Source of the DNA: Candidatus Tumulicola sp.
GTDB lineage: Bacteria > Vulcanimicrobiota > Vulcanimicrobiia > Vulcanimicrobiales > Vulcanimicrobiaceae
Assembly (NCBI GenBank): GCA_049585095.1
Contig: JBAUZB010000222.1
Location: 109 to 64,108, forward strand
DNA length: 64,000 nucleotides
Direction: 5' to 3'
The notes beneath the pieces were generated by a model. That model worked only from the letters and a program-made list of their open reading frames with translations, ran no database searches and was not told the origin of the DNA. The number at the start of each line of letters is the position of its first letter. Position 1 is the first letter of the stretch. Positions 32,936-41,656 of this stretch are shown here, one piece after another. The position numbers were made by a program, and so were the translations under genes.

Positions 32936-34403
32936 CGAGCGGACAAAGCGTTACCGACGGATAGTTCTGCGGATCGCCGAGGAAGCGCGCTTCGGCTTCG
33001 AACGCGCATTTCGAGACGATCCAGCTTTGATGGCCGTCACTGTCGGCGACCAGCAGCCGTGCTTGCGGAATCTGCAGCCAGACGGAAAGCGCGTTCGCCA
33101 ACGGCGTCGCCGGGTCGTGCGTCGGATTAGCGACCATGACGTTGGGATGCGCCCCGACGCGCAGCCGCTGCGGCGGATATCCCGCCGCTATCGGCCATTC
33201 GACGCAGTCGCCGACGCCAACGCTGGCGCGAAGGATAGGCGTGTAATCCCAGAACTTCCATGCAAAGCGCGGCGCTTCGTTCGAAATGGCCTTACCATCG
33301 GAAACGAGCGCGTCGTAGTCGGTCTGCGGGCCGTAGTCGGCGCAGATCACGCCCGAAAAGAATCCGCTCTTTCCCGCCACGACGTGGGCGTCTGCAGCAA
33401 CGGCAGCAATCGACGTCGCTTTGCGCACTTCTTCAAATCCAGAAGTATCGCCGCTTTTGGCCGCAGCCAGCATCTTCGCAAGCGCTGGCCAGCCGTAGGC
33501 GGGATCGCTTCCGGCCGCCAGCAACTGCGATACGACCGGGATGAATTCCGGGTGGGCGCGGGCGACTTCGTCGTAGACCGCACCGACCCCGGTCCCGCGT
33601 AACGCGCACGATGAACTCGAGGCGCACCAGCGCACCATACGATCGAACTCGTCGTCAACCGAACGCACGTTCCGCGTGACGAATGTCGGAAAATCGATGC
33701 TGTGATCGACGACACCGTCGAGGACCATCGCTTTGACGTGCATCGGATATTGCTCCAGGTACGCTTGCCCGTATGCCGAGCCGTACGAACCTGCATAGGA
33801 AACGAGACCTTGGTCGGGCGTTAGTGCGAGGCGGATCTGCTCGACGTCGGCAGCCGTGTCGGCCGCCGACAGGTGCCGCATCAAGTCGCCGGTCTCTGCA
33901 AAACACATCTCGAAAAATGCAGCATTCACGCGCGCGACGTTCGCATAGTATTCACGCCCCGGCGGTTGAAGTGACGGAGGCGGCGGCGAGGGCGCCGCGA
34001 GTGGCGAGCAGCGGACCGGGCTGCTCTCGCCGACACCGCGCGGGTCGAATACCACGAGATCCCAACTGTGGCTGAGCTCGTCGATATGCTGCGCTTTACG
34101 GTTATCGCCACCGAAGATCGCGGCAATGCCGGCGCCCGGTCCGCCGGGAAGAAACACGATAACGCCTCTCTTGTTCGCCTGATCCTGTGCCGGCACGCGA
34201 GCCAAACGTAAGGTCAGTTTCGCGCCGGCCGGGTTGGCGGGATCGAGCGGAACCGGCAGCCCGGCACATTCGGTGCTCGGGACGTCGGCACACGGCGACC
34301 ACTGCAACGCGGGTGCGTTTGGCGCTGCGGCTGCACTCGCGGCGCTGAGTAAAGGCTCGATCGCGCATGCAATCGCGCAAGCAGTGATCGAGCGGGACAA
34401 CAT
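32922..34403 (-). CDS. Secreted alpha/beta hydrolase, tripeptidyl-aminopeptidase-like (peptidase S33).
   Basis: A signal peptide is followed by GVIVFLPGGPGAGIA, DLVVFDPRGVGESSP and the nucleophile elbow YAGSYGSAYG (G-x-S-x-G). The C-terminal TAP-like region includes PNVMVANPTHDPATP. Confidence 0.8.
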   Translation of the reverse strand: MLSRSITACAIACAIEPLLSAASAAAAPNAPALQWSPCADVPSTECAGLPVPLDPANPAGAKLTLRLARVPAQDQANKRGVIVFLPGGPGAGIAAIFGGDNRKAQHIDELSHSWDLVVFDPRGVGESSPVRCSPLAAPSPPPPSLQPPGREYYANVARVNAAFFEMCFAETGDLMRHLSAADTAADVEQIRLALTPDQGLVSYAGSYGSAYGQAYLEQYPMHVKAMVLDGVVDHSIDFPTFVTRNVRSVDDEFDRMVRWCASSSSCALRGTGVGAVYDEVARAHPEFIPVVSQLLAAGSDPAYGWPALAKMLAAAKSGDTSGFEEVRKATSIAAVAADAHVVAGKSGFFSGVICADYGPQTDYDALVSDGKAISNEAPRFAWKFWDYTPILRASVGVGDCVEWPIAAGYPPQRLRVGAHPNVMVANPTHDPATPLANALSVWLQIPQARLLVADSDGHQSWIVSKCAFEAEARFLGDPQNYPSVTLCPLETQP

Positions 34404-34489
34404 GCCGCAATACTACAGCGCTTCGTCAGCGCGACCTGCCGAGGCGTCCCGCGCAGGGTTCGCCGCTTCTGCCGCCGAGTTATCGCCGT

Positions 34490-35995
34490 ATGCGTACCCG
34501 CCGTATCCTGTCGGTGGCCTTGTTCGGAATTCTAGTTTCGTGTACGAAATCCGGCGGTTTGGGCTGGGGCACGCCGCACGAGTTGCGGATCGGCATGGTC
34601 AACGATCCGACCTCACTCAATCCGCTCTTCGGCTACATTCAACGCCAAATCGACCTCGGACAACTCTACTGTGAAACGCTCGTCGGTCTCGACGACCATA
34701 ATCGGCTCATACCGTTGCTCGCTTCACCAGTGCCGTCGCAAGAAAACGGCGGCATCTCGCCTGACGGCACGACGATTACGTATCACCTGCGCCGCGGAGT
34801 GCGCTTTGCCGACGGCGTCGAGCTCACGTCGAAGGACGTTGCATTCACATATCGCGCCGTTCTGGACCCTCGCAATCCCGTAACCGACACTGCCGCGTAC
34901 CGTTCGATCGCTTCCCTCGACACGCCCGATCGCTACACGGTTCGGATTCGTCTGAGGCATCCGTGGGCCGCAGCGGTCGGCGACCTTTTCGCGCCGTCCG
35001 ATTTCGCGGTTGGTATCCTGCCGGCGCACGCGTTTGCGAGCACCGACGTTTCGCGCGCTGCGTGGAACGATCGTCCGTTCGGCAGTGGGCCGTTCCGCGT
35101 GGTAACTTGGGCGCGCGGCGACGAAATCGAACTCGTTCCAAATCCGTATGCGTGGCGCAAACCGCACCTGCGGCGCCTCGTTTTTAAGATCGTCGCCGAT
35201 AACGAGGCCTTGTTCGACGCATTTCGCGCACACGACATCGACGTCGATAATCTCACGATACTACAAGTACCGCAGGCGCGCGCGCTCCGCGATATCGATA
35301 TCCAGGCGGTGTTGCGTAACGGTCTCGACTACCTGTCGTTTCAGACGGCGAAGCCGCCGACCGACGACGTTCGCGTTCGTCGGGCCGTCGCCGGAGCGAT
35401 CGACCGTTCCACGCTTCTTCGCAGCACCTACGTCGGGTTGCGCCCGATCGCGAATACGGAAATCCCTTCGGTGCTTTGGGCGAACGACCGATTTATCCAA
35501 CCACCGGCGTACGATCCGCAACGCGCGGGCCGCGATCTCGACGCCGCAGGCTGGCGACGTGACGGCGATCGGCGCATCAAAAACGGCGTGCCCTTGGCGA
35601 TCGAGCTCATATCGGATATCCGCGACTACAACCGCCGCATCGACGCGATCGTGCAGCGCGATCTCGCGCAAGTTGGGATCGAGGTGACGATCCGGACGTA
35701 TACCAACTCAATCATGTATGCGCCCGCATCAAGCGGCGGCATCCAATACGGCGGTCGCTTCAACCTGTTGTCGGACAACCTTTACGGAGGCTCCGATCCC
35801 GAACAGTCAGAGCAGTGGACGTGCGCCACGCGCCCGCCGAACGGCGCCAACATGGCTCGGTTTTGCGATCGGACGTACGATGCTGCGTACGCCGCGCAGC
35901 AGCTTACTCTCGATCGCGCCGCCCGTCTGCGAGCCTTCGCGGCCATGCAGCGCCGTATTCGAGACGAAGCAGTCCTGCTGCCATTAGCCCGATGA
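34490..35995 (+). CDS. ABC transporter substrate-binding protein, family 5 (peptide/nickel type), orphan; the 3' end is probably frameshifted.
   Basis: A lipoprotein-like signal (LFGILVSCT) is followed by typical SBP_bac_5 blocks: RIGMVNDPTSLNP, YHLRRGVRFADGVELTSKDVAFTY, GSGPFRVVTWARGDEIELVPNPYAW. The family C-terminus continues in the +1 frame to 36113 (see finding). No permease or ATPase genes are adjacent. Confidence 0.8.
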   Translation: MRTRRILSVALFGILVSCTKSGGLGWGTPHELRIGMVNDPTSLNPLFGYIQRQIDLGQLYCETLVGLDDHNRLIPLLASPVPSQENGGISPDGTTITYHLRRGVRFADGVELTSKDVAFTYRAVLDPRNPVTDTAAYRSIASLDTPDRYTVRIRLRHPWAAAVGDLFAPSDFAVGILPAHAFASTDVSRAAWNDRPFGSGPFRVVTWARGDEIELVPNPYAWRKPHLRRLVFKIVADNEALFDAFRAHDIDVDNLTILQVPQARALRDIDIQAVLRNGLDYLSFQTAKPPTDDVRVRRAVAGAIDRSTLLRSTYVGLRPIANTEIPSVLWANDRFIQPPAYDPQRAGRDLDAAGWRRDGDRRIKNGVPLAIELISDIRDYNRRIDAIVQRDLAQVGIEVTIRTYTNSIMYAPASSGGIQYGGRFNLLSDNLYGGSDPEQSEQWTCATRPPNGANMARFCDRTYDAAYAAQQLTLDRAARLRAFAAMQRRIRDEAVLLPLAR

Positions 35996-36247
35996 CCTGG
36001 AATACGTCGCCGTCAATTCCGCGCTGCACGGATTCAAACCGAATATGCTGTACGACTATTGGAATGCGGATCAATGGGATGTCGTGCCGGCCGAGCGTTT
36101 GGCTCGCTACTGAGTTCGCCCGCGCGTTGGCCACATGGAGGTTCCCACTGGCCTCCAAAGCACGTGCTCTCGGCTGATTTATGCCGTCAGAACGGTGAAT
36201 TCTCAGGCTCTTCGCGTACGATTGGAAGGCAAATCGGAGGAAAATTC

Positions 36248-36967
36248 ATGAAACACCACGCCAGGTTTCCGCTTTCCCGGGCGGCTTGCGCATGTGGCGC
36301 CGTACTCTTGGCCCTTGCCGGAAACTTTGTGCCGGCAGGCGCGCAGCAATCACCAAGCCCATCGTCGACAACGCACGCAATGAAGACGCCGGCGGCGCCG
36401 TCAGCTCCCGTCATGCACGAACTCGACGCTTTCGCCCATGCCTTGGCGGGTGTCACGAACTACAGCGCAACGGTCACGATTTTCGACCAAAAAGCTGCGC
36501 AGACTCAGAATGTCGTCTTCGACTATCGTTTCAGCAGGCCGTCGAACGTCATCGTGCACGTTATAGCCGGCCCGAATACGGGCATCACCATCAACTGGGA
36601 CGGCGGCTCAACCGTGACCGCCCACCGCGGATCGGGGCTCGTCGCCATGTTTACGCGGACGCTCTCACTGCACGATCCGCTGGTGACGACGCTTCAAGGG
36701 GCGTCGATCGATCAGCTGAGCTTCGGCGCGATATTGTCCCAAGCGCAGCAAGAGGTCGGCAGGCTTTTATTGGCCCAAGGTGGCGTTGTCGACGGCGTGG
36801 CGGTCAATAGCTTGACCCTGCTCCCCGTCGCTTCAGCCGATACCGGGTTGACACGCGAGGTCGTAGAGATGTCGGCAACGACCCACTTGCCGATACGTGT
36901 GTTCGGCTACGACGGTTCGACGCTGGTAAGTAACATCGGGTTCTCGAATGTGAAGCTACAGACGTAG
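36248..36967 (+). CDS. Secreted hypothetical protein (LolA-like fold suspected).
   Basis: From ORF 36059..36967, with the start moved to ATG 36248, which has GGAGG 8 nt upstream (MKHHARFPLSRAACACGAVLLALAGNFVPAGA, a signal peptide). The body is beta-rich. Confidence 0.5.
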   Translation: MKHHARFPLSRAACACGAVLLALAGNFVPAGAQQSPSPSSTTHAMKTPAAPSAPVMHELDAFAHALAGVTNYSATVTIFDQKAAQTQNVVFDYRFSRPSNVIVHVIAGPNTGITINWDGGSTVTAHRGSGLVAMFTRTLSLHDPLVTTLQGASIDQLSFGAILSQAQQEVGRLLLAQGGVVDGVAVNSLTLLPVASADTGLTREVVEMSATTHLPIRVFGYDGSTLVSNIGFSNVKLQT

Positions 36968-36993
36968 GTGCACCATTTGTGGCTATCGGCAGC

Positions 36994-37632
36994 CTACCGC
37001 CGATGGAGCGTCGTTGCGCGTTCGTCGCGGAATTCCCAGCCGGCGCGAAGGAGTTCCGGCGTATCGTGTTCTTCCTTCGGATACCCTACGCACAGGTAGG
37101 CGACCAGGGTCCACTGCGCCGGCACGTCGAGTGCGCGCTCTACCTGGTGCGGTTCGAGAATCGATACCCATCCGACTCCGATTCCTTCGGCTCGTGCGGC
37201 TAGCCAGAACGTGTACACCGCGACCGCCGTCGAATACGCGCGCGTTTCGGGCATCGTTCGAGTTCCGAGGCCCCGTCCGACCTGCGTCGATTCGTCGTTG
37301 AAGACCGCGAGGTGCACCGGTGCTTCGCGCAATCCTGCGAGCTTGAGACGGGCATAGCGGGCGGCATCGTCGTCGCCATACTCCGCGAGGGCGCCGGCGT
37401 TGGCGCGCTCGAACGAGGCAACGACGGCGTCGCGCCGGGCAGCGTCGTCGACGCATACGAAGCGCCACGGCTGCGAAAAGCCTACCGATGGCGCAAGCGA
37501 CGCCGTGCGAACGAGACGCTCCAACACCGCACCATCCACCGGATCGCTGCGAAAATGACGGACGTCGCGACGCCACTCGAACAACTCCCGCAGCTTCGCA
37601 CGAAACGCCTCATCGAATTGCGGTGAGTTCAA
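36994..37632 (-). CDS. bluB: 5,6-dimethylbenzimidazole synthase (BluB, nitroreductase superfamily).
   Basis: The motifs LFEWRRDVRHF, APSVGFSQPWRFV, YARLKLAGLREAPVHLAVF, GLGTRTMPETRAYSTAVAVYTFWLAARAEGIGVGWVSIL and TPELLRAGWEFR match the BluB signature blocks as I recall them. Confidence 0.8.
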   Translation of the reverse strand: MNSPQFDEAFRAKLRELFEWRRDVRHFRSDPVDGAVLERLVRTASLAPSVGFSQPWRFVCVDDAARRDAVVASFERANAGALAEYGDDDAARYARLKLAGLREAPVHLAVFNDESTQVGRGLGTRTMPETRAYSTAVAVYTFWLAARAEGIGVGWVSILEPHQVERALDVPAQWTLVAYLCVGYPKEEHDTPELLRAGWEFRDERATTLHRR

Positions 37633-37767
37633 TAGACCGGACTTTCGTAAGCCGGCGCTTCTAGCCGTGCCCGCGCGCCGCTTCTGCGAACCGCGCCGAG
37701 CGGTCGACGTTCCTTCGTCCCTGCGGCTCGGCCACAGCTTACCTTCGGAGGTCGCGATTGGGAACGC

Positions 37768-37968
37768 TCACTTGTATCCTCGATGCGTCCAGAGGTCGGC
37801 CAGCATGCGCGATTGCACGACCGCTGCTTCGTGCGCCTTTTGGGCGCCTTCGAAGCCGGAGGCCCCTTGACCCTGCGAATCGGACATTGCTTGATTCAGC
37901 CGCTTCATCTCTTTGTTATTGTCCCGAATGGCTGCCCGCAGCTCGTTTCTCGTTCGATATTGTTCCAT
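37768..37968 (-). CDS. Small hypothetical coiled-coil protein.
   Basis: From ORF 37768..38043, with the start moved to ATG 37968 (MEQYRTRNELRAAIRDNNKEMKRLNQAM...). Weak SD. No family recognised. Confidence 0.3.
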   Translation of the reverse strand: MEQYRTRNELRAAIRDNNKEMKRLNQAMSDSQGQGASGFEGAQKAHEAAVVQSRMLADLWTHRGYK

Positions 37969-38102
37969 TCCGTCCACTTCGACAACGCGCGTCCGCGCTC
38001 TTCTGCCGCTAGGTGACCCTGCCTGAAAAGTCGGGATGCGCATGGTTCGTTCGCCCGGGCGTGAGATGATTGACGAACGCGGGCTTTGGGTAACTCGAGT
38101 GC

Positions 38103-38321
38103 ATGGATACGCAGAAAGTAAAGGGCGCCGCGGACGACGTGCACGATGCGGCCAACGAAATCAAACATCGCGTCATCGCCGAAGGTGAACACTTAAAACG
38201 AGAGGTCGCCGGCGATAAAATGACGACCGGCGATAAGGTAAAGTCGGGAGCCGATGAGCTGAAGAACCGCGTGGAAGCGGAGTTCGACCGAGCGAAGCGC
38301 GACGTTCGACACGACACGTAG
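38103..38321 (+). CDS. Small highly charged protein (stress/LEA-like flavour), hypothetical.
   Basis: 72-aa ORF with repeated K/E/D helical motifs (GAADDVHDAANEIKHRV, GADELKNRVEAEFDRAKRDV). Confidence 0.4.
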   Translation: MDTQKVKGAADDVHDAANEIKHRVIAEGEHLKREVAGDKMTTGDKVKSGADELKNRVEAEFDRAKRDVRHDT

Positions 38322-38383
38322 GCGCAGCGCCGAGCCTACGCCACGTAGGCTCGGTGCCGAACTTGGTTGCGCCTACCCGCTCT

Positions 38384-38818
38384 TTATGTGGGCGCTTCGA
38401 CCTGGCAGTTCACCATCCAATCGATTCCAAACTTGTCGGTGAGCATGCCGAACTTTGCGCCCCAGAACGAATCGGCCAGCGGCACTTCAACGTTGCCGCC
38501 CTCGGCGAGACGATCGAAAATGCGTTGTGCTTCGGACTCGTCGCTCATTCCGAGTGAAAGTGAAATGGAGCCTTCCCCGTATTGCTTCCCTGGACTCCCG
38601 TCGGATGCCATGAAGCCGAACGACGGCGATTTAAACGTCGCGTGCATGACTCTATTGTCGTGCTCGGGTCCGACAGACGACCCTTCCCGCACGTCGGGAG
38701 GCATGTCCTTGAAGCGAGAAATATGGACGATTTCACCGCCGAAGACACTTTTGTAAAAATTGAGCGCGTCTTCACAGTTTCCGGTGAAGAACAAGTACGG
38801 CTCGAGTTGCGTTGCCAT
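38384..38818 (-). CDS. VOC-family protein (PhnB/YjdN-like, 3-demethylubiquinone-9 3-methyltransferase-domain type).
   Basis: The start was moved to ATG 38818, with GGAGGG upstream. The motifs are MATQLEPYLFFTGNCEDALNFYKSVFGG...VMHATF......EAQRIFDRLAEGGNVEVPLADSFWGAKFGMLTDKFGIDWMVN. Confidence 0.8.
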   Translation of the reverse strand: MATQLEPYLFFTGNCEDALNFYKSVFGGEIVHISRFKDMPPDVREGSSVGPEHDNRVMHATFKSPSFGFMASDGSPGKQYGEGSISLSLGMSDESEAQRIFDRLAEGGNVEVPLADSFWGAKFGMLTDKFGIDWMVNCQVEAPT

Positions 38819-38911
38819 CGATCCCTCCAGTAACCAGTGTTTGGCGAATCCCTCAGATTGGCCGCGGCTTCTGGAGGTTCCTCGCGCCGGCGCACGCAAA
38901 CCACTTCTACG

Positions 38912-40744
38912 GTGAAAACGCGCTCAGATCTCCGTAACGTGGCCATCATCGCGCACGTCGATCACGGCAAGACGACGCTCGTCGACGCAATGCTCCGGCA
39001 AAGCGGAGTCTTTCGCGAGGGCCAGCAACTGGTGACTCGCGTACTCGATTCGAGTCCGCTCGAACGCGAGCGAGGCATCACGATTCTCGCAAAAAACACC
39101 GCAGTTCGCCATGGATCGGTCAAATTCAATATCGTCGACACGCCCGGGCACGCCGACTTCGGCGGCGAGGTGGAACGGGTATTGCAGATGGTCCAAGGGG
39201 TATTGCTGCTCGTCGACGCCGCCGAAGGGGTAATGCCTCAGACGCGCTTCGTTCTGCGCAAGGCCCTGGAACTCGACCTCAAAGCCATCGTCGTCGTCAA
39301 CAAGATCGACCGGCGCGATGCCCGCTCGCAAGAGGTGGTCAACGAAGCGTTCGATCTCTTCATCGAGCTCGGCGCGAACGACGAGCAAGCCGATTTTCCG
39401 GTGATTTTCACCAACGCGAAAGCCGGGATCGCCAAGCGTTCGCTCGATGAAACCAGCGATTCGCTCGAGCCGCTGTTCGAAACGATCGTTTCGCGCATCC
39501 CCGAGGCGCCGGCCGAAGACGGCACTTTCCAACTGTTGATTTCCGCGATCGATCACAACCCGTACGTTGGTCGCATCGGCATCGGCCGCATTTTTCGCGG
39601 CACGTCGCGCCTCAACGCGCCCATCGCGAAGGTGGCGCGCGATGGAAACGTCACGACCGGCTTACGCCTCTCGTCGCTGCTCACGTTCCAAGGGCTCGAA
39701 CGGATCGAAGTCGACGAAGCTTCGGCGGGCGACATCGTCTGCATCTCCGGCATCGACGATCTCAACATCGGCGATACGCTCGCCGATGCCGAAGAGCCGG
39801 AAGGCATTCATGCGGTTGCGGTCGACGAGCCGACCGTCTCGATGTCGTTCAGCGTCAACAATTCGCCGTTCGCGGGCCGCGAGGGCAAGTTCCTCACGTC
39901 GCGGCAGATTCGCGAACGCCTCATGCGCGAACTGGAGTCGAATGTGGCGTTGCGCGTTGCCGCCACCGACTCGGCCGACACGTTCGAAGTGCGCGGCCGC
40001 GGCGAGCTGCACCTGTCGATCCTGATCGAAACGATGCGTCGCGAAGGGTACGAGTTGGCAGTCTCCAAACCGCAGGTCATCGTGGTGGAGCGCGACGGTA
40101 AGCGCTGGGAACCGGTCGAATACGTCGTCGTCGACGTGCCGGAAGAGTACGCCGGTGCCGCGATCGAGTCGTTGGGCCGCAGGAAAGCCCTGATGTCGAA
40201 CATGATCAACGTTGCAGAGTCGCGCCGTTTGGAATACACGATGCCGACTCGCGCGATCTTCGGGTTACGTGGCGAGCTATTGACCTTGACGCGCGGAACC
40301 GCGGTGATGTCGCACACGTACTACGACCATCAAGAGTGGCAGGGCGAACTGCCGGGACGCAGCGTAGGTGCGCTGGTCGCCAGCGATACCGGGCGTACCA
40401 CGGGCTACGCGCTGATGGGCTTAGAGCAGCGCGGCGAGTTCTTCGTCGGGCCCGGCGTCGACGCATACGAAGGCATGATCGTCGGTCGTGCCAACGATGA
40501 CAAGGATATCGCCATCAACGTGGTGCGCGAGAAAAAGCTTACGAACATGCGCGCCGCGGGCTCCGACGAAAACGTTCGTCTGGCGCCCCCCGACGAACTC
40601 TCGCTCGAGCGCGCCATCGAGTTCATCGATGACGACGAGCTGGTCGAAGTGACGCCGAAATCCATCCGTCTGCGCAAACGCATTCTCAACGAAAGCGAAC
40701 GCCTCAAGGCGCGCAAGCGCCACGCTGCGAAGGCGACCGCCTGA
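38912..40744 (+). CDS. typA: Translational GTPase TypA/BipA.
   Basis: Family blocks: [64 protein letters not shown], and a BipA-specific C-terminal domain. The start was chosen at GTG 38912 ([13 protein letters not shown]). The ORF-track start 38837 is the alternative. Confidence 0.9.
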   Translation: MKTRSDLRNVAIIAHVDHGKTTLVDAMLRQSGVFREGQQLVTRVLDSSPLERERGITILAKNTAVRHGSVKFNIVDTPGHADFGGEVERVLQMVQGVLLLVDAAEGVMPQTRFVLRKALELDLKAIVVVNKIDRRDARSQEVVNEAFDLFIELGANDEQADFPVIFTNAKAGIAKRSLDETSDSLEPLFETIVSRIPEAPAEDGTFQLLISAIDHNPYVGRIGIGRIFRGTSRLNAPIAKVARDGNVTTGLRLSSLLTFQGLERIEVDEASAGDIVCISGIDDLNIGDTLADAEEPEGIHAVAVDEPTVSMSFSVNNSPFAGREGKFLTSRQIRERLMRELESNVALRVAATDSADTFEVRGRGELHLSILIETMRREGYELAVSKPQVIVVERDGKRWEPVEYVVVDVPEEYAGAAIESLGRRKALMSNMINVAESRRLEYTMPTRAIFGLRGELLTLTRGTAVMSHTYYDHQEWQGELPGRSVGALVASDTGRTTGYALMGLEQRGEFFVGPGVDAYEGMIVGRANDDKDIAINVVREKKLTNMRAAGSDENVRLAPPDELSLERAIEFIDDDELVEVTPKSIRLRKRILNESERLKARKRHAAKATA

Positions 40745-40748
40745 CCTC

Positions 40749-41615
40749 TTACGCCGAGAAGCGGTAGATCGTGGTCGAGGCGAACGTTTCGCCGGGACGA
40801 AGGATCGTGTTGGGAAAGTCCCGGTGGTTCGGTGCGTCCGGGAAATGCTGCGCCTCCAGCGCAAACGCCCCGGGTTTGCCGGTATAGAGCTGTAACCCCG
40901 GCTCCGTGGTTTCAACGAGGAGTCTGCGCCCGGAGGCTTCGTCGTAGGCTTCCGCCGCGTGCCGCAAATCGCCGGTCCAATCGTCGAGAACGAAGGTACA
41001 GTCGTACGCTTGCGTGCCGATCGGGCGCGTGGAGCGGAAGTCGAGCGGCGTTCCCGCGACCGCGGCGACTTCCCCGGTCGGAATCATCGCGCCGTCGACC
41101 GGCAGATACGACGATGCTGCTATTCGCAGTTGCTGGGCTGCGACGGCCGAGCCTGCCGCGCCGCTTAAATTGAAGTACGCGTGATTGGTGAGATTGATCG
41201 CCGTCGGTGCATCCGAGACGGCGCCGTAGTCCAGCCGCAGCGCTCCCGTGTCGTCAAAGCCATACGTTATGGTGCACCGAAGATTGCCGGGGAAGCCCTG
41301 ATCGCCATCTGGGCTGCGCAACGCGAACTCGACCTGCATCGTTGCGCCGTTGTGGCCGGAGTCGTGCGAAAACACCGCCCAGGTGCGCTTCGAAAAGCCG
41401 TCGGGTCCGCCGTGCAGGGTGTTGGCTCCCTCGTTGGTCGCGAGCCGGTAGACGCGTCCGTCGATCGTCAAGCGGCCGTTCGCGATACGATTCGCGAAGC
41501 GCCCGATGGTCTTGCCCGCGCTGCCGCCGGCAGCCACGCTCACGTCGGCGATACGTCCTAACCGGTCGCGCACGAAAATACCGGCGATCGCGGCGCCGTC
41601 GGGTGTGAGTTCCAC
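40749..41615 (-). CDS. Aldose 1-epimerase (galactose mutarotase family).
   Basis: Family blocks: GRFANRIANGRLTIDGRVYRLATNEGANTLHGGPDGFSKRTW, FPGNLRCTITY, NLTNHAYFNL and the acidic/aromatic C-terminal blocks. The start is uncertain. The frame stays open upstream (...HLQLSNAHGER-V) into the clpB 3' end without an ATG, GTG or TTG. Confidence 0.75.
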   Translation of the reverse strand: MELTPDGAAIAGIFVRDRLGRIADVSVAAGGSAGKTIGRFANRIANGRLTIDGRVYRLATNEGANTLHGGPDGFSKRTWAVFSHDSGHNGATMQVEFALRSPDGDQGFPGNLRCTITYGFDDTGALRLDYGAVSDAPTAINLTNHAYFNLSGAAGSAVAAQQLRIAASSYLPVDGAMIPTGEVAAVAGTPLDFRSTRPIGTQAYDCTFVLDDWTGDLRHAAEAYDEASGRRLLVETTEPGLQLYTGKPGAFALEAQHFPDAPNHRDFPNTILRPGETFASTTIYRFSA

Positions 41616-41656
41616 GCGCTCGCCATGCGCGTTCGACAGTTGGAGGTGCGCCGCGT

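Noticed and set aside
37633-37767. A cobalamin riboswitch upstream of bluB.
   Set aside because: I looked for the B12-box (AGCCAGGAGACCTGCC-like) and the GGGAA...GGTGAAA core on the minus strand. I found only vague resemblance (AGGGACGAAGG, AGTCCGGTCT). The 135-nt gap is also too short for a full aptamer.
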